DNA of 64,000 nt from Lytechinus pictus. Taxonomy: Eukaryota. How positions within the stretch are numbered: the first letter of the stretch is position 1; every line of letters begins with the position of its first letter. The stretch lies in NCBI RefSeq assembly GCF_037042905.1, contig NC_087251.1, forward strand, positions 3,660,001 through 3,724,000. The letters are read 5' to 3'. Of this stretch, positions 10,711 to 22,900 are shown piece by piece. Under the pieces are notes generated by a model, which ran no database searches, had not been told where the DNA came from, and worked only from the letters and a program-made list of their open reading frames with translations. Position numbers and translations under genes: made by a program.

Positions 10711-13700
10711 GGACTTTCCACAGTTATGTTTGTGCGCATCATGATCTGCGCATATTTTACACTCTGCGCGCTGGCGTCACAATGGATGAACTTGTGATTT
10801 AATCAGCTGTAGGTAATGTGAGCTGATTTTCTCCTTATCTACATTAACTGCAGATCTGATGTGTTATTTGGGTTATCTTTTAAGCTCTATAGCAAAAAAT
10901 CAAGCACATGGACCCATTTAAATTTTTGCATATTTTGAATATTTAGGTGCTAAAATATCTACATATGTATGTGCAAAGTATGATAAAAACGACATGGATT
11001 TTCAATGTTTGGGAGCAAGACTACGGAACCACTCGCATTTTAGACGGTATTAACAGACTTTTGCTTGTTTTCGGTGCATTTTGGGCTGTTTCAAGCCAAC
11101 GCGCAATAATTTGGACACTGATAATTTGAAAACGAGCACATGGACCCCAAATTTGTAATGTCTTAACTTCTTTAGAATATATTTCTCTACAAATCTAGAG
11201 AGTATGATGAAAATGACATGGATTTTGAATGTTTGGGAGCAGGACGAAGGAACCATTCGTATTTTAGACATTTTGGACGGTATTAGACTTTTGCCCGTTT
11301 TAGGCGCATTATAGACTGTTTTAAGCCAACTCGCAACACTTTGGACACTGATAATTTGAAAACGAGCGCATGGACCCCATAATTTAAACATCGTAACTTC
11401 TTCAGAATATATTCCTTTACAAATCTAGAGAGTATGATGAAAATGACATGGATTTTGAATGTTTGGGAGCAGGACTAAGGAACCATTCGTATTTTAGACA
11501 TTTTGGACGGTATTAGACTTTTGCCCGTTTTAGGCGCATTATAGACTGTTTAAAGCCAACTCGCAACACTTTGGACACTGATAATTTGAAAACGAGCACA
11601 TGGACCCCATAATTTAAATATCTTAACTTCTTCAGAGTATATTCCTTTACAAATGGAGTATGATGAAAATGACATGGATTTTGAATGTTTGGGAGCAGGA
11701 CTAAGAAACCATTCGTATTTTAGACATTTTGGACAGTATTAGACTTTTGCCCGTTTTAGGCGCATTATAGACTGTTTAAAGCCAACTCGCAACAGTTTGG
11801 ACACTAATAATTTGAAAACGAGCACATGGACCCCATAATTTTAATATTTTAACGTCTTCACAATATATTCCTCTACAAATCTAGAGAGTATGATGAAAAT
11901 GATATGGATTTTGAATGTTTGGGAGCAGGACTAAGGATCCATTCGTATTTTAGACATTTTGGACGGTATTAGACTTTTGCCCGTTTTAGGCGCATTATAG
12001 ACTGTTTAAAGCCAACTCGCAACATTTTGGACACTGATAATTTGAAAACGAGCACATGGACCCCATAATTTTAATATTTTAACGTCTTCACAATATATTC
12101 CTCTACAAATCTAGAGAGTATGATGAAAATGACATGGATTTTGAATGTTTTTTAACAGGACTAAGGAACCAATCGTATTTTAGACATTTTGGACGGTATT
12201 AGACTTTTGCCCGTTTTAGGCGCATAATAGACTGTTTTAAGCCAACTGGCAACACTTTGGACACTGATAATTTGAAAACGAGCACATGGACCCCATAGTT
12301 TAAACATCTTAACTTCTTCAGAATATATTCCTCTACAAATATAGAAATTATGACGAAAATGACATGGATTTTGAATGTTTGGGAGCAGGACTAAGGAACC
12401 ATTGGTATTTCAGACATTTTTGGACGGTATAATCAGACTTTTACTTGTTTTCGGCGCATTTTGGGTTGTTTCAAGCCAACTCGCAACAGTTTAGACACTG
12501 ATAGCTTAAAAACGAGCACATGGACCCCATGTTTTTAATATTTTAACGTCATCAAAATATATTCCTCTGTAAATCTAGAGAATATGATGAAATTGACATG
12601 GATTTTGAATGTTTGGGAGCAAAACTACGGAACTATTCGCATTTTAGACGGTATTATTAGACTTTTGCACGTTTTCGGCGCATTTTAGGTGGATTTCAAT
12701 ATTTTCAAGCCAACTCGCAACACTTTGGACACTGATAGTTTAAAACCGAGCACATGGACCCCATATTTTTAATATTTTAATGTCTTTAGAATATATTCCT
12801 CTACAAATCTAGAGAGTATGATGAAAATGACATGGATTTTGAATGTTTTGGAGCGAAATATGGAACCATTTGCATTTTAGAGGGTATTAAGAGACTTTTG
12901 CATGTTTTCGGTGCGTTTTAGGCGATTTTCAAGCCAACACGCAACAGTTTAGACACTGATAGTTTAAGAACGAGCTCATGGACCCCATATTTTTAATATT
13001 TTAATGTCTTCAGAATATATTCTTCTACAAATCTGGAGAGTATGATGAAAATGACATGGATTTTGAATGTTTGGGGGCAAAACTACGGAACCATTCGCAT
13101 TTTAGACGGCATTATTAGACTTTTGCACGTTTTGGGCGCATTTGGGCGATTTTCATGCCAACTCGCATCACTTTGAACACTCATAGTTAAAAAACGAGCA
13201 CATGGACCCCATATTTTTAACTTCCCTACACCTTCGATATGCATCCCTCTACAATTTAGCCGAATTTGATGAAAATGACATGGATTTTGAAAAAAGTGCA
13301 GCTTACAAAATACTTTTTTTATTTTTGAGTAGATTCACGTCTTTGAAGATTTGCTTTTTCCAAGTTTTTGCACCATTCTTGCCAAATGAGGGCGCTGCTT
13401 ACTCCAAATATATATAGTTCTACCAATTAAAAGACTTTCTCTTTCTTTTGTATACACTTTGTTATATATCTTGAAAATTTGATGAAGTTTGATGAGGTAT
13501 CTACTGAGTAAAGATGATTTACACTCATTTGGTGAATTCGTGAGGTCTAAGAGAGGCATAATTCTCTTGATTGCGCAAGATTGCATTTCATTCAAATACG
13601 GCGACTTTGAAGACCCGTAGAAAAAAAATAAGCACATGAACCTATTTTATTTTTTGCATTTTCATTATGCATAGATACCAAAGTAACTCTCTGCAAAATT

Positions 13701-13742
13701 TGGTGAAAATGACATGGACTTCATTTTAACTGTGGAACGTCC
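10711..13742. mobile_element. Kolobok-type non-autonomous element carrying a satellite array
   Basis: TTAA TSD (10707-10710, 13743-13746); TIR GGACTTTCCACAGTTA / TAACTGTGGAACGTCC (15/16 match). Confidence 0.9.
10900..13290 (+). repeat. Satellite-like tandem array, ~10 units of 224-234 bp
   Basis: Marker catggaccc at 10907, 11139, 11369, 11599, 11825, 12055, 12285, 12519, 12753, 12977, 13201. Confidence 0.95.
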
Positions 13743-13877
13743 TTAATATGTAAACAGAGGATAATTGTAGAAAATACAAATAAGTCCCTTGTCCTTGTTT
13801 GTTCATGTTCTTTGAAGTACATGTAAAAAAAAGAAGTCTTTTCCTTTTACTTCAGACACACCATATATGATTGATTG

Positions 13878-13980
13878 ATGATGGCTGACTTGAATTTTAG
13901 TGAAGAGGATATCAAGAGACAATTGGAGTTACTTGGCTATCGTGATGTACCAAGGTATCGACTTGCTCAGTTTGCAAGAG
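13878..13980 (+). CDS. HYLS1: HYLS1 coding exon 1
   Basis: Acceptor ttacttcag ending 13855; [34 protein letters not shown]; donor gtaagt at 13981. Confidence 0.9.
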
Positions 13981-16900
13981 GTAAGTATTAAAGGGGGAGC
14001 GAATTCACCAACACTGTGATCTCTCTCTCTCACTGACTGTGTGTAATATATAACTTGTTAAAAAATATACCTTTGAGATATGTTTGATACAGAGAAGAAA
14101 TTAGTTTATGATTTTATTCATAAAAACTAAAATGTTTTAAGAAGATTGGTGCTCTTCCTGCTTCTTGGTAACAAAATTATTACATGTATTATGTGAATGT
14201 TTGAGTACCAGTAGTGAATTAATTAGTGTGTTATCTTTCAAGTGGGCCTATTTTGCATTATGATAGGACCTGGCAAATGCACTTTACAAATTTAGTTCAC
14301 TGTTACAGAATTTTGTTTTTTCCACTTATGCCCTCTTAGATTTCAAAAGGTTATTTCAAACAAACAAGTCACAACTTCATGTTTATTGCAGTTGACATTT
14401 TCTTTCCTTGAAAATTTTACAAATATATTAATTATTTACTTTATGAATTTTGAAGGTTAGACCTGGTACAAGTATTTGAATGTTAGTGTTGATATCTGAT
14501 ATTTAAATTCAAGTTCACCATGACAATAATTTGGTCTTAGTAGAAAAGCAGAAAAAAGAGAAAAATGTTGGTGAAGGTGTGATGAAAATCCATCATAGAA
14601 TGAGAGAGCTGTAAATTTTTCAAGGACATTTTGTGACATCACTGATGAACAACTAATAATGATAATAATAGCCAATTTTTATAAAGCGCTTTTCCCAGAA
14701 TGGCTCAAAGCGCGTTACAGCATATTATTACCCCGGTCATTGGATTCATTTCAATCCCGCCAAAAAGTGCACAATTTCCACTCCCTGGGGAGCATTCCTT
14801 GCATTCATCGCAGCCTCATTATGGCGCTGGCTAAATCAAACATACAAAATCTTTCGCACCCTACCGGGTACCCATTTAGCGCCTGGGTCGAGAGTGGCAA
14901 AGTGTGGATTAACGCCTTGCCAAAGGACGCTAGACCGCAGTGGGATTCGAACACACGACCCTCTGTTTACAAGGCGAGAGTCAGAACCACTACACCACGG
15001 CTCTTCCACAACTAGACAGTATGACAAAAATTCCCCAAAATGTCATTGTAAAAATGTAAAAAATGACCTGGATTTGATTTCTTATGTCTCACTCCCTTCC
15101 ATTAGAAACATAATTTTTTCCATTAGAGATTTTAAATTTATGGAACAAACTTTCACCATTATTTTTCTCTGTCATATCTGTTTCAATTTTTTAAAACTAA
15201 CCTCTCATCATGGTGAAGTCTAGGGCACGTATTCTGAACTCAGGTTTGAAGTTGTGGTTTAAGTATGGATAGCCAATTGGGGCGCAAATCTCTATTAGTA
15301 CCTGTTCAATTTATTAACTCACTTGACACTCAAATCATTCATAACTGCTTGGAATTATAACTATTTTTCTTTATTATTATAATAGCAAATGGAAACAGAA
15401 TAAGAAATATACACTGTTTTCAGAATTTTTGAGTTTTTGGCTCCTGACAATTTTAGCAAAGAGTTCAACCTGATTTCAGAATATTGGCCTAGGAGTCTAT
15501 ACATTTTAATTCTATTGTCATCAATGATAGAATGAATTCTATTATGTAAGTAACATTATTCAAAACAATTTTTGAACTCATCAGGATCATCCTTCAATAC
15601 CAAGGACAATGATTCACTGAAATAGTCAAAGTTGAAAATTCAGTCAGTGCTGACAATCGCCCCCCCCCCCCATCCACAGTTGTCTAATATTTAAGACAAA
15701 GTTTAAGTTGTAAACCTGTGAAGTTTTATAGCAATAATGTGAAATTTGTTTTGTTTATTTGTTTGATAACAGATCTTGAGAGGATGATTGATGAAGAGAA
15801 GCAATCAGATGATTCTCTCTACTCAAGTGAGTATACACTTAGTATGAGCATGGTGTTTAGTGGTACTCATTATGAAATATCAGCAAGTTTTCAAAATATT
15901 ACATTTTGATTGAGGACATGTTTTTTAATGTTTGGCAATTATTCATTTTAATACTACATTATAAACCTGTATTCCTTTTTGTTAAAGAATGATATTTATT
16001 GTGGGGATAGATATGTAGGTACTTATTTGGGTACTGGGAAGTTTCTTTTGCTTTGATTTCTATCTTTTTGTCAATCAATTCTGAGTGAATGAGGGTGACA
16101 TCAGGGGGGCGTTTCATCAAACAATTAGTCGGTGGTTTTCTCTGACTAATTGTGATTTTCACCGACTAATTTCATTTTCACCGACTTAATTCCATTTCAT
16201 GAAAATTTGTCGGTGATTTTCTCCGACAATTCATTGGAAACCACCGACTAATTTTGTCGGTGGTCTTCACCTACCGACAAAACCCATTTAAACCGACTAA
16301 TCAGCCTTTTGTGGACCTTAGCAGCTAAAATCGATCAATTTCAGTTGATTTTGAATATTTTAATAAATTGCTTATTTTTCATTTCATTAAGAAAATTCAA
16401 AGAAAATGTATTTATTTTTAGTCAATGACAAATAAAAAGTAGACATTTCAAGAATCATATTTTTATCTTTAAAACTATATTTTCATAAATATTAATCAAT
16501 ACATAGAAAACATGTTCAAATGTACACATTTTTTCAAACATAATTTTCTTCAACCCGAATAAATCATTGTGCATTTTTTAATCAATAATGTCTGAAATCT
16601 GTGGCCTCATTGACTTTTGTACAAGTTTTTCAATATCCATTAGTGTTGTTGCTGCTGTTGTCATCAAGCCCAAGTATTTTTCTGCCTTGAATCTCATATA
16701 CAACACCGATGCTATTGCAGATCGAGAGTCAAAATTTATAGGGTGCTAATTAGTAATTTGTCTGAAAAATTGACTGAGAAAAAAAAAAGCAAAACAAACT
16801 TCATAATCGCACAAAAATGAAGAGCATTATTTCGTCTCCCCCCAAATTGGACCATCAAACTTTTTTTTTTTAAAGGGAGCTATGGCTATGCAATGGCTCA

Positions 16901-19900
16901 TTTCACGTGGGTGCGCAAAGTCAAAGATAATTTAAGATAGATCTCGGCCTATACTACTATTACTAGTACGGCCACGGGTGCACCATTTAAAACTATAATT
17001 TTTTTAATATCTAGATTTTAATTTTATTGGGTGTGAACGCACCTCCGCCACATCATCCCCCCCCCTGAATCCTCGCCTGCTGTCGAGAGCCTTCACTTCA
17101 TTTGACTTGTGACTTGCTAAGCCTATATGCTAAATAAGTTGAGAACATCCAATTTACCACTCACACTATTACCATGTGATTTAGCTCCTGTTCAATTCCA
17201 ATATCTGTAACACAGAATTGGGATGGCCCCATTGGATATGTGTACATTAACAATTGCACACGGTGGTTTGCCTGGTGATCGAGCATATCTCCGATCACAC
17301 CGAGCAACAAAATTAATACAAAACCAAAGGAAATGAAAAATTATGATTTGTAACATAGAATGACATAAAGGTAGAACAATATAAAGAAATCTCTTTGCAA
17401 AATTTATAAAATTGCAGCCATGTGCGTATCATAAAAACGTTTATGGACAGACTAACGTTAGTTTGGACCTGAGATAGTTCTACAGACGCAGAAACACGGG
17501 TATGGGACTGGACTGGATTATGTATTGTCAAGTTTATCGATCGTATCGACAGAGCTCCTGCCAGAAGATCCTCTTTTCTTGTAATTCATTTGATAATTAT
17601 GCACCACAAATAATTCAATCACCTTACATACAATATGAACGACATTTTGAAGGGTGTTACTTACGGCAAAATCCTCATTCACCTCTGCGGGGACCTTCGA
17701 TTCTACTAATTTCTTCGTTTCATTTCGAATCGTCGCGGCAAAAACATCAACAAACTTTTCATCTTTTTCACGACTTTGGGAGTGGGCGTGGCCTAATTAG
17801 TCAGCGAACCTTGTTCAAGACGATTTGTAAAATAAAAGTTCTCTGACAATAGTCAGAGGAGCTCCGAGAGTTTCGTGAAATGCAATTTCTGTCAGCGCTG
17901 ACATTTGTCGCGCGACAATATTGATGAAACACCCCCCTGGTTTCCTTGAACAAATATTAACTTTACTTGACATGTTATATTAGCTGTTTTATTTTAAAGT
18001 AAAACATTACAAAAATTGTTGAACATATTGAACAAATGCAATTCTGCAACATCTGCACGCAATAAGTTCATGATCTACTCACATATGTACAAGTAATATT
18101 TTATTGCTAGTGGCATTAATTTTTCTTTTTCTATAAAACAAAAAGTACAATAATAAATCATGCTATATTCCTCCATCCCTATTAAAAGTTACTTTTACAC
18201 TGGAAATAATTGCATATTTTCATTCAGTTTTTGTACAAGACATTATGTGTGGGAAAATGGAGAGAAAATGCCTGAATGTATCAGTGTGCATTTAGAGGAA
18301 AAGAAAAAAAGTGTTTTATTTCCCATCTTAATGATATCTATTTATGCTTTCATGCACAGATATTAGTGATTGTCGTAGTTCATCAAGGATCAGATCCCCC
18401 GATACCTCTGATGTATCATATGATAGATCAGCTGTTCGATCTCCTTTTAATGATGTACCAAGACAACCAAATACAAGACATGTTCAGTTCACCGAACAAG
18501 TAAGTTGCTATGTATTTTTCTGTTTTCAAGTTTTCTTCTTGCAGTGCTGCATGAATGTCATTTTGAAATTTCCTACAAGATTTTAGCATCGAAAGATAAA
18601 GTGATGCATGTTTCCTATGTTCTTTATATGGTTAAAATGCCCTCAAAAACAGACTTGCATATTTTTGTATTTCTATTGTCATTTCTTCAAACTCTATCTT
18701 TAAGTGAATGTATTTCCCATTTCGGTTCTGCAGCCTACCTTGAAAGAATCCAGACTAGATCAAGAGAATCAACAAATCCCTACCAATTCATCAGGCGTTC
18801 AAAGATCAGGTCAAGTCAGGTCAACGGGGGTCAATGACTCCAAGGTATATGATCCATATCAGAGGAGAGATAACAGACCTGGAGAAGTTGAAAGGTCAAG
18901 TAAGGTCATCACTCCAGGAGGCATTGACTCTAAGGTGTATGATCCATATGAGAGAAGAGAAGCTAGGCCCACAGTCCCTGATGCCAAGAAGGTTTCAATG
19001 AAGAGGAAAGTTGTGAGGTATTTACTCTAAATTGGTTCCATGTAGTCTTTTGTAGAATGTTCAGATCGTTTTGTTTGCATCATATGGGTCAGCAAGAATT
19101 ATAGTTGAATGTGATTGCAGTTAAACAGGGATGCCACTTTTCTGTCTTTATACGGAATTCCGGCTTTTTCCCTGCTATCTGTCTTATTTCCGACTTTTCT
19201 GTGTATTAAAAAAAATCGGAAAGTCCTCCTTTTTTCCCCTCTCTCTCGATTGCAATGCATGTCGATCGACCGAGTGAGAGATATTTCCCAGAGATATTTG
19301 CTTTTATACAGTACATTATTTATAAACCCGTGCACTGCCCACTCCGTTCATTGAGTTATGCTTTTATCAAGGATTCTCAATATCCTGGCCAATCAATGCG
19401 AGCGACAAGTTCCGAACGCACGTACATAGACAAGCGCAAAGCAGCGGCACGAATCGCGATATAATAGTGACTGGTAAATACGTCTGTAAAGATGATGACG
19501 TCATCAAAGATGGTAACTTACGATGACCAATGAAAGGATCGAGGATGACTAAGTTTTGATCATCATTTGAAAGGAATTAGCGGTAACTGCGGTCTAAGGT
19601 ACAATGTTTCTGAATTTTATATATTTTCTCGTAAATTTGGATGTAATTATTTTTTTATAATGTGACATTTTATGTACCAAAAACGATCCGAAAATTGGGT
19701 TTCCGTTGAATGTTAGATCTAACGTTACTGCTCCCTGGGGAAACTGATAACGTACGGGCCAACAACTTTTCAGTCTATGTATTGGTGAGTGGAGCCAACG
19801 CGGTTCAGCGAAACAACCAAAATACAGAGACTGAAGCTTTTGGTCTAGCGTTCTATGAGAAACACACAAAAACTAACTAGGCCTACCGTCAGTTTTTGAA

Positions 19901-22900
19901 ACCTTGACTTCAAAGTCATCGATGACAACAAGGTAAGAAGCTACTTGGTCCCCCCCCCCTAAATTTAAGGTGGGGGGACAGACCCCCCCTAGAATTTCTG
20001 TTAATTTTTTTTTTTGCTTGTCCAATTTTTTACCTGTGTCCATCCCAAAATTTAAGGTGGACCCCCCCTAATTTTTTTGGCTTCCGCCGCCAATGCCCCA
20101 ATTTACTGTTCTTGGACACTGTCCCTGCCCGCGATAAGTTTCAGTATTTTTGGAGGACACCTAGTGGCATCCCTGGTTAAAGAAAGTCGTAATTATTGCT
20201 ATTAGGAAGTCCATTCGATACGCGCATACAATTGAAGTACGCGCACACAATTGAAGTACGCGCACAATTTGGTAGTCATGCCAACGAAACCATGAACCAA
20301 TGCAATACATTCAGAGATTAATAGCAAAATGGAGGTAAACTAACAGATTATGACAAGACTAAATTCCAATAATAGAAATACAAAATATGAAAACAATTGA
20401 CAAAACATGTACCACATTTTAAAATTAAAAATATTACTAGATTATGGTCCTATGTTTTTTAAATCTTCAGTAAGCAGGATTGAATTCTGCCATCAAATCA
20501 ACCAATCTGCTAATTTCACCCCGATTTAGTCAAGCTCATTTTGTGACCGCTATTAAGCTCCGCCCCTCACTCAGCGCACTTTTTCAGTAGATTGTAGAGT
20601 TGATTTGTTTTTCATTTCCTCATTTTCAACATTTTTACTTGATAGAATTTTACAGCAAATATCACCCTTAAAAATATTCAATATTTATTTCTGTAATTTT
20701 CCCAAAATATTACGTGGTGTTGGTAACAATTTTATGACTTTTGCATGTCAATATGATAACAAATATATGTGAGGTTGAAATTCTTCATCTAAATTTCGCT
20801 GCACCACATTAATGCGCCTACACAATCCAGGGGCAGTGCCATCGCTTGAGTGTTAGCGCCATTTAGCTGACCGCGCCGACGTCCTGGCCGGCCGGTCGCT
20901 GCGGAGGTAGGATACGGTTGGCTGATATCTGCATGTATTTGTATAAAATTATAGAATGAAAATGGTAGCTGACATATACCTTCGCCTCATGATAGTTCAC
21001 AAGTCAAGGCCCGTCAAAACATACATGGCTCGATACTGGACCAGATAAATAATTTTGGTCTTTTAATTAGGTCTAACTTTAGACTAGGACTTACCTGGGC
21101 TTGATCTTGGCTGGTGGCCGTATCCGATCTCTGCCTGCTGATGGGTTGCAAAAAAGTTGGGTCGGATTTGTGGATATCACATAATTATTTCATATTTTCA
21201 GACTCCGATGTACATGTACACTGAGGGAAAATTAGGATTCTAACAATGAACATTTATCGTTGCAACTGGCAGTTAGTGCCACATCAATGTCGGATCAAGT
21301 CCATAGCGTTCAAGTCGAGTAGCGTCGAGATTTCCTGCCAGTCCTCCTAGTGCAGCCAGCACTGCCTTTGCGCGGTACGCGCACCCGTGTGTCCCAGGAA
21401 GTTTCGGCGCGGCCATGCCAGAAGATCAAGGTATTGACTCTGGTGTTGGCTGGTGTAGCTTGGTAGGGGCAGCAAAATTAAGCAGCAAAACGGTAATACA
21501 ATGTCATCAGACTATGTACTTTTATTAAAGTGTGCAAACTTCAAGAATCATGATTACGTTTTGTCTTACTTTTTTCAAAAAATAAATGAAAATTTATGAA
21601 ATAATATTAATCATAATTTCGTGGAGTTCTCAGTATCCATAAAAAATAGTAAAATTGAACAAACGAAAAAAAAAATCAACTCTACAATCTACCAAAAAAG
21701 TGAGGGGCGGAGCTTAAGTGGTCACAAAATCTGAGCGAAGTGGACCTTCCTAAAAGCAACACTGAAGTGTGTTGCTGCCCTCTACGTACGTTGGTAATGG
21801 CCAAGGTATCTCAGAAATTAACATTGAATTTTGTGCGATGGCAGTGTTTAATAATAATAATAATACTAGGGCATATCACTGCCAAATGCGTCACTATGTA
21901 CTTTTGAAGAAGACAGAAAAGGCAAAGAAAAAATTACTCATGTGACAATGAGATTTCTGTTAATGAAACATGCATGCAAGGGGGTGTGCATTGTAAGGGG
22001 AATTGTTAGTTTAGATACCCATACAAAATCATAGTTTATATGTGATCATGTGAATTATACTAAAAAGTCACTTGCAGAATCACTAGAAATATGATTGCAA
22101 AAGGAGACAAATTTGAAAAAAAATCACTTTCAATTGTTTCGTGCCAACTTTCGTGTGCCTATTTTCATTCCCTGTACCTTTGTATGATGTCAGTGTCTTT
22201 TTAATAGTGTGCTTTTTAATTTTTTTACACAATATTTACACAATAGAAATTACATCTTCTACGTATTCTTCTATAATATGATATGTAATTTATCTCATAT
22301 ATAAACAAATATGCTAGTTGTAAACTAGTTTTATTTCCATGATCCATCATTCACAGGAAACGAGATGGACAGTCTCAAGTATTTGATGAATCAGTGACAG
22401 AAAGTGAATCTGGTGAGTTTTGTAGTGAAATAGGGGGGGGGGGTAGTATTTTTATAAAAATTGAGTTTATTACTTTTAACAAGATTAGTTAAAAGTGTCA
22501 AACTATCTTCTCATGGTTCTCATAATCTAACAGGTGTACATAGCCTTTACAAACAGAATGACAGTCATTTGTAAGCATACTTTTTGCACAAATTCTCACC
22601 AATGAGCTTTTTGAACAAGTTCATCTGCTAAAAATATACATGTATGGTCTTATCATTCTTTTTTTATATACTTTTCTGTAAATGCTAATGCTTCGATACT
22701 CATTTTGCCAATATACAAATTTCTTCAGTTTATGGAATTTAATTTTTTATTCTAACCAATTTGTGTTTTAAGATAATAATAATAATAATAATAGGCATTT
22801 ATATAGCGCCATCTATCTAGAAATATTCTATTCCGAGGCGCATTGTTATTATTATTATTACCCCGGCTTTAGCTCGAGCTGCCTTTCAATTCAATATTTC

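Noticed and set aside
14930..15003. tRNA gene (also 31597-31670)
   Set aside because: A/B boxes are followed by a SINE body and (ATT)n tail, and there is no complete cloverleaf.
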